In this document: positions 1 through 8,502 of the stretch, one piece after another | Position numbering within the stretch: the stretch's first letter is position 1 | Layout: each line of letters starts with the position of its first letter | Virus record (IMG/VR): IMGVR_UViG_3300032322_001418 | Coordinates: 1 to 63,541 of that record | DNA: 63,541 bases | Source of the DNA: a virus | Lineage: Duplodnaviria > Caudoviricetes | Strand: one strand, 5' to 3' | Position numbers and translations under genes: made by a program | Notes under the pieces: model-generated | Database searches by the model: none | What the model was told of the DNA's origin: nothing | Seen by the model: only the letters and a program-made list of their open reading frames with translations

Positions 1-123
1 CGCGGCGTATTCAGCCTCTACTCGCAGTTTGTTCCCCCACCATGAAAGGGGGTCTTGATGGTATTCGCATGCTGTGCCTGCTAGGTATCCGTCAACAGCC
101 ATCTTTGCCAACTTCTTCAGCGC
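1..123. repeat. Terminal direct repeat (copy 1), most likely the assembly overlap of a circular contig
   Basis: Bases 1-123 are identical to 63419-63541. Confidence 0.95.
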
Positions 124-465
124 ATCGCGCTCGGCCCGCAGCGCCTCGACCTCGGCGCGCAGTTTTCCAATCTGCTCCTCTTGCGACAGCACAACAGACA
201 TTGCGTCGGCCTCGGCATGACTCAGGCGCAGGCACTCGGCGCGCAGCGCCTCGACCTCGGCGCGCAGTTCGTCCTCGTTTCTGTCACGGGCCGTGGCGGC
301 GTCCTTGTACGCCTCGACCTCGGCGCGCAGAGTCATCAACTCAGTACGCAATGACAGGTTGTGGTTTGCCTCCTCGTTGTGCAAACGACGCAGGTGCTCT
401 ACCTGTATACGCAGGTCGGTGTTTTCAGCCAGAGCAGCTACCAGCTCTTTCTCAATAAGGCTCAC
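1..465 (-). CDS. Coiled-coil protein with three LRAEVEA repeats (~164 aa); crosses the origin and ends at 63389
   Basis: GTG at 465, open frame through base 1 continuing into 63418-63389 (TGA); a 21-bp repeat at 142-162, 247-267 and 310-330 encodes LRAEVEA; absent from the ORF track because it is split. Confidence 0.8.
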   Translation of the reverse strand, partial: MSLIEKELVAALAENTDLRIQVEHLRRLHNEEANHNLSLRTELMTLRAEVEAYKDAATARDRNEDELRAEVEALRAECLRLSHAEADAMSVVLSQEEQIGKLRAEVEALRAERDALKKLAKMAVDGYLAGTACEYHQDPLSWWGNKLRVEAEYAA

Positions 466-469
466 GGCT

Positions 470-655
470 TCACCTTTTGATGTGAAGTCCAACGATCCCG
501 TAGTCGGTGTCCTGCGCCTCCAGAACCATGAAGCGCAATATCGAGCCGTCATCAAGCTCAATACCGATGATCTCGGTGGCCATTCCGGAATTAAACTTTC
601 GCCGCTTCTGCACGACGCGGGTTATCTTTTTCCCAATCACTTTGCGCGCGTTCAT
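470..655 (-). CDS. Small hypothetical protein (MNARKVIGKKITRV...)
   Basis: ORF packed into the leftward operon, GGGAG upstream of the ATG. Confidence 0.65.
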   Translation of the reverse strand: MNARKVIGKKITRVVQKRRKFNSGMATEIIGIELDDGSILRFMVLEAQDTDYGIVGLHIKR

Positions 656-659
656 CGTG

Positions 660-758
660 TCACTCCCGCCAATCTGAGTACATGTCGGCAACGATTGCTG
701 CCGACACGACAACAAGGCCGATGATGATCGAGACCCATATCAGGTCACTCGTATTCAT
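660..758 (-). CDS. 32-aa single-TM membrane peptide (MNTSDLIWVSIIIGLVVVSAAIVADMYSDWRE)
   Basis: Hand-translated; fills the gap between neighbours; hydrophobic stretch. Confidence 0.55.
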   Translation of the reverse strand: MNTSDLIWVSIIIGLVVVSAAIVADMYSDWRE

Positions 759-762
759 GGCG

Positions 763-1083
763 TCACCCATTCAGAGAGGAGAACAGCTGGCGCAGCTTGG
801 CAACACGCTCGCGGCCGTCTTTGGCATCGAGCTGTTCTTCTGTAGCTATTCCATCAACCCAGCCAAGCAGTGAATCGCTGGCCTGAAGCAGCTGGTGCAG
901 CCGTGCCTTCAGACTGGCGTTGACCTGAAGCGCGGCAGCCAGTGTCTGTGCCGTGTGTGACACAGCCTCGCGCAACTCTGCGACCTCCATCTCAAGCAAG
1001 CGCCTGCGGGTTTCATCTATGGCTGCAGCTGCTCGCATGCGGGCCAGCTCGCTTTCCAGCTGTGCAATGTTCGTGTTTTCCAT
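763..1083 (-). CDS. Coiled-coil hypothetical protein
   Basis: ORF with AAGGGAG RBS; rich in Leu/Glu/Ala heptads. Confidence 0.7.
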   Translation of the reverse strand: MENTNIAQLESELARMRAAAAIDETRRRLLEMEVAELREAVSHTAQTLAAALQVNASLKARLHQLLQASDSLLGWVDGIATEEQLDAKDGRERVAKLRQLFSSLNG

Positions 1084-1143
1084 GTGTGCTCCCTTCATCC
1101 GTATTTTCTAAAGCATGTTTTTAACGTGGTGCCCATGCTCCAC

Positions 1144-1575
1144 TCAATCAAAAGGGATGTCGTCCTCGTCGCCGGTGTTATCGCCGGCAGCCCTTGCCGC
1201 GTGATCATCTTTCTTGGCATGGCGCGTGCCTGACTTGTCGCCGCCGCCCAGCATCTGCAGGCTGTCCACCCTGATCTTGGTGGTATATCTGTCGATGCCG
1301 GCCTTGTCGGTCCACTTCTCGGTCCGCAGCGAGCCCTCGACAAACACCTGTGAGCCCTTGCCGAGGTATTCTGCCGCGACCTCAGCAAGACGCCCCCAGA
1401 CCTCGCACCGATGCCACTCTGTGCGTTCCTTGGCCTCGCCAGTCTGCTTGTCCTTCCAGCGCTCGCTGGTGGCGACGCTGAAGCTGGCAATCTGGATCCC
1501 GCTTGGCGTTGAGCGAACCTCAGGATCTCCGCCGAGGTGGCCTAGCAGCATTACCTTGTTGACTCCGCGCGACAT
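1144..1575 (-). CDS. ssb: Single-stranded DNA-binding protein
   Basis: [39 protein letters not shown] and an acidic C-terminal DDIPFD tail. Confidence 0.97.
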   Translation of the reverse strand: MSRGVNKVMLLGHLGGDPEVRSTPSGIQIASFSVATSERWKDKQTGEAKERTEWHRCEVWGRLAEVAAEYLGKGSQVFVEGSLRTEKWTDKAGIDRYTTKIRVDSLQMLGGGDKSGTRHAKKDDHAARAAGDNTGDEDDIPFD

Positions 1576-1577
1576 GA

Positions 1578-2453
1578 TTACTTCTCCTCGACGCTTGTCA
1601 GCGCTTCACGCTTGGTGGTGTAGGCGATCCGGGCCGCCTTGATGTGTTCATCGTCGGTCAGCGACTTGGCCAGATCACCGGCCTTCAGTAGCTCAGCCAG
1701 ATTGCTGGCCGTGCTGATCGCCTCGATCACCCGCTGCAGCGGCGCGGCAGATCCATTGCCAAGATCAAAGCTGACAGGCGTGGGCCTCGGCATGTCGTAG
1801 GAGCGCACCGGCGCAGGCTCGTTGCTGTAGTCCATCAGCTCCTCGGCAACGCCAAGGCCCTTCAGGACATCCGGATATGCGTCACGCAGGCAGAAGGCGC
1901 GGGCGCGCAACTGCAGCATACGGCGCATGTACTTGCGCCAAACGGTCTTTACCGTCAGGCCAGCCATGTCGGCATCGGCCTTGGAGAACGACGCCTTGAT
2001 GGTGTCCACGTCTCCACGACGCTTGGTCTCGCACCATGCCGTGGCAGTGGCCTCGTCGTACCACTCGCGGATCCACAGGCACAGCGGGCTTGCGCGGACG
2101 ATTCCGATCAGGCCATCGCCCCACAGCGACGGGCGTCCGTCGATCACGGCGATCGACTGGATCGACTGGAATGGACCCATGCCAAGCTCGCTGCCCATCT
2201 GGATGGCCACGAAACAGTCGGCGGGCTTGCCGCGATAGTTTTCTGGGACCATGGACGATGACGCCAGCACGCGCGAGATGCGCTTGGCAATCTCGTACTT
2301 GGTGAATTCCGGAGACGCCTCGATGTTCGCCGGGATCGTCTCGGCATAGGAATCGGGCTGCTGCACGGGCACGTCCACCTTCGCCGGCTCGGCCGCCTGC
2401 TCTATGCTGGCTGGCTCCGGGGTTTCACTCACGACCTTGTTGACCTTAGCCAT
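1578..2453 (-). CDS. RecT/Redbeta-like single-strand annealing protein
   Basis: [26 protein letters not shown]...[13 protein letters not shown] and [23 protein letters not shown]; sits between YqaJ and ssb. Confidence 0.85.
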   Translation of the reverse strand: MAKVNKVVSETPEPASIEQAAEPAKVDVPVQQPDSYAETIPANIEASPEFTKYEIAKRISRVLASSSMVPENYRGKPADCFVAIQMGSELGMGPFQSIQSIAVIDGRPSLWGDGLIGIVRASPLCLWIREWYDEATATAWCETKRRGDVDTIKASFSKADADMAGLTVKTVWRKYMRRMLQLRARAFCLRDAYPDVLKGLGVAEELMDYSNEPAPVRSYDMPRPTPVSFDLGNGSAAPLQRVIEAISTASNLAELLKAGDLAKSLTDDEHIKAARIAYTTKREALTSVEEK

Positions 2454-3390
2454 TGCTGTTCTCCAGTGTGATGACAGCGTTCTTCTCAATGGCATCGGTG
2501 ACCAGCTTCGGCAGCTTGGTCACGCGACGCATGTCCATGTAGCTCGACGCAGCTACCGTGTACTGCTCGCGGCTGACTTCCTTACGGGTGAAGCAGGAGC
2601 CGTCCGGCAACAGGCCAGCAGACGCCTCGCCCATCAGCATCGCGATGCGGTTCTTGCAGCCCTCGATCACCTTGTCGTACAGCGCACGCTGCTCGCTGGC
2701 ATCGGCCCATACGTCTGCGTACTGCTGGGCGACATCAGGCAGCTTGATGACGCTGCCGTTGGTGCCCGGGTACAGGCGCTTGATCAGCTCGGTGGTCGAG
2801 CGGTGCTCGTAGTGCGGGGTCGGCGGGACGCCGGCCTGCACGCGATCCCAGAATTCGGACTCCGCCTCGATCAGCCGATCGATGATTTCCTGTATCGGGT
2901 GGATCTTGTAGACGCGGAAGTCGCGGTTGCCGATCAGCACGCCGAGGTCAAACTCGTCCCAGCCGGTCACGGCCAGATAGTGCTGAACCTGCGCCATGAC
3001 ATGGGGCGGAACCTCGTTACTGCCGGCCGGACCCCAGCCAAAGCCAAAGGCATCCGACTTCGCCTCGAAGCCCAGCTTGCGGTCAACGCCAACGACTCGC
3101 CGGTCGATGTTGGCGAGCATGAACGGGTACTTGCTTGAGCGGAACGTCTGGTTCTGGCGGATGACCTTGAAGCCGGTCTGGTCGGCGTATGCCTCGCAGA
3201 TCGGATCTTCCAGATACGTGCCCCAACGCAGCGACGCATTGTCAGCGCCGTCGTCTGGCTCGATCTCGCCACGCTTCTCGTGGTACAGGGACAGGATGTC
3301 CCGGTATGGGTTGACGCCGATGATGATGCCGGCATCAGAGCCGCCGATGCCGCTGCGACGCTCGGCGCGCTGTTCTTTGGTGATTGCCAT
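2446..3390 (-). CDS. YqaJ-like (lambda exonuclease family) recombination nuclease
   Basis: RRSGIGGSDAG..GVNPY, WGTYLE, ANIDRR, FEAKS, QVQHYLAVTG motifs. Confidence 0.93.
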   Translation of the reverse strand: MAITKEQRAERRSGIGGSDAGIIIGVNPYRDILSLYHEKRGEIEPDDGADNASLRWGTYLEDPICEAYADQTGFKVIRQNQTFRSSKYPFMLANIDRRVVGVDRKLGFEAKSDAFGFGWGPAGSNEVPPHVMAQVQHYLAVTGWDEFDLGVLIGNRDFRVYKIHPIQEIIDRLIEAESEFWDRVQAGVPPTPHYEHRSTTELIKRLYPGTNGSVIKLPDVAQQYADVWADASEQRALYDKVIEGCKNRIAMLMGEASAGLLPDGSCFTRKEVSREQYTVAASSYMDMRRVTKLPKLVTDAIEKNAVITLENSNG

Positions 3391-3435
3391 TCTCTGCGCT
3401 CCATTGCATGGCCGCCAACCGGCCAGTTGAAAAGA

Positions 3436-3547
3436 TGCCTCAGGGCAGGAGTCGAACCTGCTTCGTGTGGTGACCACCGACCAGATAAGTGAGCCTTTCC
3501 TCCCACCTTCCAGACCAGCCGTTCCGCCGGCCAACATCACCGAGGCA
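3436..3547 (-). ncRNA. Non-canonical tRNA-like cloverleaf RNA (~111 nt)
   Basis: Acceptor-like helix GCCUCGG/CUGAGGC, canonical T-arm GCAGG-UUCGACU-CCUGC, three internal hairpins; begins ~6 nt after a -10 box. Confidence 0.6.
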
Positions 3548-3552
3548 GGTCA

Positions 3553-3618
3553 ATCCTACACGTTTGTCACTGGATGTCAAGCGTTGACATAGACGCTGAG
3601 TGAGTGCGGGTGTATTAT
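3553..3618. promoter_or_regulatory. Divergent sigma70-type promoters with palindromic operator ATGTCAA-GCG-TTGACAT (3574-3590)
   Basis: Minus strand TTGACA-16-TAGGAT (3580-3553); plus strand TAGACG-17-TATTAT (3590-3618); perfect 7-bp inverted repeat covering the leftward -35. Confidence 0.65.
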
Positions 3619-3654
3619 CCTGACTGATCTTTTTTATACCAAAGTGGAGCGATC

Positions 3655-3984
3655 ATGGCATCGAAAAAGAACGGCAAGGCGCGGGTCAGGGTTGCGGCGA
3701 AGGGTGAAGATATTACATATCCAGCCGAGATGATCCCGATCGTGGTCAGGCCGGATTCAAATCCGCCCCACCAGAATCCGATCCGCGCATTCCGCGAGGA
3801 GCTGCGGCTCACGCGCGAGGAGTTTTCCAAGCTGCTTGGCGTGACGGTGATGACCGTCAGGACGTGGGAAACGCCGAACCTCAGCCGCCCCAAGGGCAGC
3901 AAGGCCATCGAGCTGGTCGATCTGGCGCGGCGCAACGCCTATCCACTGACGCTGGACGACATCTATCGCAACCGCGCACTGTGA
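3655..3984 (+). CDS. XRE/Cro-family HTH transcriptional regulator
   Basis: IRAFREELRLTREEFSKLLGVTVMTVRTWE...P helix-turn-helix pattern. Confidence 0.9.
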   Translation: MASKKNGKARVRVAAKGEDITYPAEMIPIVVRPDSNPPHQNPIRAFREELRLTREEFSKLLGVTVMTVRTWETPNLSRPKGSKAIELVDLARRNAYPLTLDDIYRNRAL

Positions 3985-3987
3985 TAC

Positions 3988-4016
3988 TTGACGCGGGCGA
4001 TTCCCGGGAGTACAAA
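3988..4016 (+). promoter_or_regulatory. Sigma70-type promoter of the replication operon/leader RNA
   Basis: TTGACG-17 nt-TACAAA. Confidence 0.6.
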
Positions 4017-4020
4017 AACA

Positions 4021-4411
4021 ACGCCCCTCGCGAGTTTCCTCGGAGGGGCGTGGTGCTTGACAACCCGCCAAGGTTTCAAGCGCGGTCCGGACGCGGCGGA
4101 CATGGCAATCATGCCACGTCCATCCTTCCCACCGCAAGCTGCGCCCCGCCAGACGCTCCGAAAGGGTCGTCAAGACGCACGTAGTCATGCCCGTCCAATG
4201 TCGGGGCTCGTCAGGAAAGCATTGGTAAGTCGCCGGGAGGTAGCCACCCGGTAGGCGAAAACCCGGGCGCTGTCCGACCCCCTGACAACCCGGTCTCCCA
4301 AGCGGAGAGGCTCATCGAGTATCCCCGGCCAGTGGCCGACAGGCGAGGGTCGAGAGGGCAGCAGGCCCCTCCAGACCCCGACCGGAGGGAGAAAGAGGGG
4401 GCATTATGCCC
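4021..4411 (+). ncRNA. Large structured leader/ncRNA upstream of the helicase
   Basis: Dense run of hairpins with pseudoknot-compatible pairings; no convincing ORF; ends in a purine tract. Confidence 0.55.
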
Positions 4412-4431
4412 AGTGGATTTGCGAGGTTGGC

Positions 4432-5979
4432 GTGGACATCAGACCGTATCAGCTTGAGGCTATCGACCAGTGCCGCCGGGCATTCGCGTCCGGGTCGCGG
4501 CGCATCCTGCTGCAGGCACCCACTGGCGCGGGCAAGACTGTCATCGCCGCCCAGATCGTGGAAAGCGCTGCGCGCAAGGGCCGGCGGATCCTGTTCCTCG
4601 CTCACCGCAGGGAGCTGGTCAACCAGTGCGCGGACAAGCTGCGCAGGTTTGGCGTCGATTACGGGATCCTGATGGCTGGCGAGGATCCCAGCTACGAATA
4701 CGAGGTGCAGGTCGCCAGCATCGATACCTTGCGTGTGCGCTGCATGAAGAACCAGCGGCAGCCCATGCCGAAGGCTGACGTGGTGATCATCGATGAAGCG
4801 CACCGCGCGATGTCGCGCACCTATCAGCAGGTCATCGAGTACTACGTCAAGGAACACAACGCTGCGGTGCTTGGCATGACTGCCACCCCGATCCGCAGTG
4901 ATGGTCGAGGGCTGGGCTCGACCTTCGAGAGCATGGTGCGGTGCCCGTCCATCCGCGAGTTGACCAAGGCTGGATACCTAGTCCCGGTGCAGTACTACGC
5001 GCCGACGATCCCTGACCTGACCGGGATCAAGATCGTGCGCGGCGACTACGACGAGCGCGAGCTTGAGAAGGCCATGGATCAGCGCAAGGCTGTGGGCGAC
5101 ATCGTGGAGAACTGGGTACGCGTTGCGAGTGATCGGCCTACCATCGTGTTCGCGACCAGCGTCAAGCACTCGATGCACATCCGTGACGAGTTTGTCAGGG
5201 CTGGCTTCAGGGCTGCGCACATCGATGGCACGATGGGGCTGGCGGATCGTGATGAGGTGCTGCGCGGCTTGGCCAGCGACAAGTACCAGATCGTGACCAA
5301 CTGCATGGTGCTGACAGAGGGCTTCGATGACCCGAAGCTCAGCTGCTGCGTGCTGGCGCGGCCGACCAAGAACCCCGGGCTGTACCTGCAGATGGCTGGA
5401 AGGACGCTGCGTCCTAGCCCCGGCAAGAGCGACTGCATCCTGCTGGATCACAGCGGCAACGTGTACGAGCACGGCTTCGTGGCAGACGATCGAAGCTGGG
5501 AGCTGTCGGAGGGCAAGGCTGCGAATAACGGCAAGGCCAAGCAGCGCCCGGCTGAGCGCAGGCCGATCACTTGCGTCAAGTGCGCGCACGTGTACGAGGG
5601 ACAGCTGCGTTGCCCGAGGTGCAGGCACCTTCCGGAGCGCAAGGGCAAGTACGTCGATACCCGGCATGCGGACCTGAACAGGATCGCCGAGGAGGAGCGG
5701 CGGAGCGCCAAGAAAAAGGTGTTCACTCAGGAGGACAAGCAGCGCTGGTATAGCATGCTCACCGACTACGCACTAAGGTACAATAAAAAGCAGGGCTGGG
5801 TTGCCCACGCTTACCGTGACAAGTTTGGCGTATGGCCGCGCGACATGCTGCCATGGCCAGTCGAGGCTGACGCGGAAGTGAAGGCATTCATCCGGCACAA
5901 GCAGATAAGGTTTGCAAAATCACAGAGGAGGCACACACATGCGGCACCAGACGGCAACGCGCCAGTCGGCGCAGGGTAA
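4432..5979 (+). CDS. Superfamily 2 (DEAH-box) helicase with C-terminal Zn ribbon
   Basis: Walker A APTGAGKT, DEAH, TATP, LTEGFD, QMAGRTLR; CxxC...CxxC. Confidence 0.95.
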   Translation: MDIRPYQLEAIDQCRRAFASGSRRILLQAPTGAGKTVIAAQIVESAARKGRRILFLAHRRELVNQCADKLRRFGVDYGILMAGEDPSYEYEVQVASIDTLRVRCMKNQRQPMPKADVVIIDEAHRAMSRTYQQVIEYYVKEHNAAVLGMTATPIRSDGRGLGSTFESMVRCPSIRELTKAGYLVPVQYYAPTIPDLTGIKIVRGDYDERELEKAMDQRKAVGDIVENWVRVASDRPTIVFATSVKHSMHIRDEFVRAGFRAAHIDGTMGLADRDEVLRGLASDKYQIVTNCMVLTEGFDDPKLSCCVLARPTKNPGLYLQMAGRTLRPSPGKSDCILLDHSGNVYEHGFVADDRSWELSEGKAANNGKAKQRPAERRPITCVKCAHVYEGQLRCPRCRHLPERKGKYVDTRHADLNRIAEEERRSAKKKVFTQEDKQRWYSMLTDYALRYNKKQGWVAHAYRDKFGVWPRDMLPWPVEADAEVKAFIRHKQIRFAKSQRRHTHAAPDGNAPVGAG

Positions 5980-6916
5980 ATGGGACTGGATCCTGACCAC
6001 GTTGTGCGGCCCGGAGATCGTACGCAGGAAGCACGGGCCGTGCCCAATGTGCGGCGGCAAGGATCGGTATCGCTACGACAACAAGAACAATGGCGGCGAG
6101 TACTACTGTGCCCAGTGCGGGCACGGTGACGGCTTTGACTTGCTGTGCAAGCTGAACGGATGGGACTTCAAGACAGCGGCCAATGCGGTGGATGACCTGC
6201 TGGGCAACACCACGAAAGAAAAGCTGCTGGAGGTCGAGCAGAAAGAGCAGAAGCCGTTTCTGCCAATCGACCCTGACAAGCGGCGCAGCGCACTGAACGC
6301 GGTGTGGGCAGACGCAGACCAGCCGCAGGTCGCCATCGATTACTTGGCCGGGCGTGGGCTCGATGTCGAGAAGGCCAAGAGCATGGGCCTGCTGGGCGAC
6401 ATCCGTGGCAGTGGCAGTCTGCTTGATTCAGACACTCGCCAGCGTGTCCCGGGCATGGTGGCGATGATCAGGAACGGCAGCGGAAGGCCCATCGGAATTC
6501 ACCGCACGCTGTTGCCGCCGCAGGGCGTGCGGACGAAAAAGATGATGCCGCCGATAGAGCCGATCGCCGGAGCCGGCATCAGGCTTGGCAAGATCACTGA
6601 CAAGGTGGTGATCGGCGAGGGCATCGAAACGACGCTGGCTGCATGCATGCTGTACAACATGCCCGGCCTGTGCGCCATGTTCGCCAACAACATGGAACGC
6701 ATTCAGATCCCAGAGCATGTCCGCAAGGTGGTGATCTGCGTGGACAACGACAGGTCGTTCACCGGGCAGGCCGCATCGTTCGCGCTGGCCAAGCGTCTGG
6801 TCACCGGGCCGGACAAGCGTGGCGTTACTGTGGTGATGCCGCTCAACGCCAATGACGACATGGCCGACTACGCACTGCGTGGTGGCGAGTTGCTGGAGCA
6901 GGGGGACGAGCCATGA
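5939..6916 (+). CDS. DNA primase (P4-alpha-type Zn ribbon + TOPRIM)
   Basis: HGPCPMCGGKDRY...CAQCGHGDG; IGEGIETTL; ICVDND; DDMAD. Confidence 0.92.
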   Translation: MRHQTATRQSAQGKWDWILTTLCGPEIVRRKHGPCPMCGGKDRYRYDNKNNGGEYYCAQCGHGDGFDLLCKLNGWDFKTAANAVDDLLGNTTKEKLLEVEQKEQKPFLPIDPDKRRSALNAVWADADQPQVAIDYLAGRGLDVEKAKSMGLLGDIRGSGSLLDSDTRQRVPGMVAMIRNGSGRPIGIHRTLLPPQGVRTKKMMPPIEPIAGAGIRLGKITDKVVIGEGIETTLAACMLYNMPGLCAMFANNMERIQIPEHVRKVVICVDNDRSFTGQAASFALAKRLVTGPDKRGVTVVMPLNANDDMADYALRGGELLEQGDEP

Positions 6917-7590
6917 CATCGGATCTGGTTGCGTGGCAGGGGCCATGCGAGCTGCTGGAGGCGAAGTGGAACGACCGTGATGGCACCATGGTCAAGTTTC
7001 GGCTGGTCGAGGTTGACGAGGCGAGCCGCAATCCATTCGTGACGTTCACCAAGCGGCGCAAGGGCAGGGCAGGAACCCGGTTCTCTGCCAAGATGGTTCC
7101 GACCGAGCGCCCGGACCTGCTGGTCTACAACGACGAGGCCATGCTGGCCGGCTGGGGCGACTCGCAGAATGGCGGCATGACGGTGACGTTCTGGCTGGCC
7201 GAGGATAGGCTTGGCCATCCGTTCACTGGCTGGGCAAGGCACACTGAGTTTGTGGTGGTGCTGGTAGAGCTTGACGAAGCCGAGGAGCCGGTCAACCAGA
7301 AGGTCAGGGCAAAGGTCGAGGCTGCCTCTGAGAAGCCGTCTGCGCGCCTGTCGTACAGCGCAGCCATGCTCTGCCGGCAGCCGCAGTTCTGGCAGTGGCT
7401 CAACGAGGAGCTGTCGATCGAGCCCATCGAGGGCGAGGTTGATGCTGCTGAGTTTGTCCGCAACTCGCTCAAGATCAACAGCCGTGGTGTTCTGGACACC
7501 GATCAGCGTGCGGCCGAGCTGTACCGTCGCAGGATCCTAGTGCCCTACGAGGAATGGCTGGAGGGCAAGAATGGCAGGAGGTACCAGTGA
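6913..7590 (+). CDS. Hypothetical protein
   Basis: ATGA-coupled to the primase; C-terminal AAMLCRQPQFWQWL...SRGVLDTD segment. Confidence 0.75.
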   Translation: MTSDLVAWQGPCELLEAKWNDRDGTMVKFRLVEVDEASRNPFVTFTKRRKGRAGTRFSAKMVPTERPDLLVYNDEAMLAGWGDSQNGGMTVTFWLAEDRLGHPFTGWARHTEFVVVLVELDEAEEPVNQKVRAKVEAASEKPSARLSYSAAMLCRQPQFWQWLNEELSIEPIEGEVDAAEFVRNSLKINSRGVLDTDQRAAELYRRRILVPYEEWLEGKNGRRYQ

Positions 7591-7720
7591 CCAAGGGGAT
7601 CGAGATGACCAATCCGGCGCTGCGACGCAAGCCGAAGCCCAGCCACCCATGGGCGAAGTGGCGGCCGGGCTGGCTGAAGATTCAGCAGCGGGCGTTCAAC
7701 CCGCACCGGGCAAGGCAGAA

Positions 7721-8077
7721 ATGATCGCGGTCAGTGCGCACGAGCGTCGGCTGAGGTCGATGCGGTGCGTGCTGACAGGCCTGCCCTACGTCACCCTGCA
7801 CCACTGCAGGGGAGGGTCGGTTGCCCAGCTTGGCTGGGGTGTTGGGGTTGGTCAGAAGCAGAACCCGTTCTTGCAGATCCCGCTGAACGGCGAGTATCAC
7901 GTTGGCAGCAACGGCATCGATTATGGCTATGGAGTTGAGTCATGGGAGCAGGCATTCGGTACTCAGGTACAGCTGCTGGAGCGGGTAAACGCAGAGCTTC
8001 CCTACGACATCTGGGAGCAGGCGCTGCTGTGGCACGCAGAGCATCGCCGAAATACAAGGCCCGGAAGACGACCGTAG
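7721..8077 (+). CDS. Ref/DUF968-like His-Me finger nuclease (partly degenerate Cys ligands)
   Basis: CVLTG...TLHHCR...G.GQK...IPL..EYH.G..GI...G...WEQAFGTQ. Confidence 0.65.
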   Translation: MIAVSAHERRLRSMRCVLTGLPYVTLHHCRGGSVAQLGWGVGVGQKQNPFLQIPLNGEYHVGSNGIDYGYGVESWEQAFGTQVQLLERVNAELPYDIWEQALLWHAEHRRNTRPGRRP

Positions 8078-8394
8078 CTGGCATTACCTTCGACTCAGCC
8101 AAGGAAGCGGCGCGCTACCTGCAGCTGGCCATGATGGCGGAGGCTGGCGCAATCGTGGAACTGAAGGTGCATCCCGTGTTCAAGCTGACGGCTGGCGGCA
8201 GGCCGGTCATGTACAGCCCACGGACCAAGCTGGGCAAGCGGCGTCAGGCCAGCTACGAGGCTGACTTCTCCTACAGGTACGCCGGCAGCTGGGAGCGGAT
8301 TGTCGAGGACGTGAAGGGGTTTGACACCCAGCTGTCGAGGCTCAAGCGGGCGATGCTTGAGGCGGAGTTTGGAATCACTGTCCAGATTGTGTAA
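8029..8394 (+). CDS. DUF1064-family PD-(D/E)xK endonuclease
   Basis: KYKARKTTVAGITFDSAKEAARY...YEADFSY...IVEDVKG. Confidence 0.88.
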   Translation: MARRASPKYKARKTTVAGITFDSAKEAARYLQLAMMAEAGAIVELKVHPVFKLTAGGRPVMYSPRTKLGKRRQASYEADFSYRYAGSWERIVEDVKGFDTQLSRLKRAMLEAEFGITVQIV

Positions 8395-8465
8395 GAATGT
8401 CGGTGCCGGCATCCGCCTCCCTGTGAGTGCCGGCACCTTGTGTGCATTCTCTGTGAGAGAATCTT

Positions 8466-8502
8466 GGGCCGGCAACACCACCCCGTTGCCGGCCCTTTTT
8501 TT
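8466..8502 (+). terminator. Rho-independent terminator where the replication and accessory operons converge
   Basis: GGGCCGGCAAC/GTTGCCGGCCC stem followed by T7. Confidence 0.85.

Noticed and set aside
142-330. Three exact 21-bp repeats resembling a mini-CRISPR or iteron set
   Set aside because: Spacing is irregular (105 and 63 bp, both multiples of 3) and the repeat encodes LRAEVEA in a coiled-coil ORF; no cas genes
3436-3547. tRNA-Sec or suppressor tRNA call for the tRNA-like element
   Set aside because: The T-arm resembles selC, but there is no UCA/CUA anticodon in a 7-nt loop and no CCA
3988-4254. 88-aa ORF across the structured leader
   Set aside because: It starts at the TTG of the -35 box, has no RBS, and its composition is not protein-like
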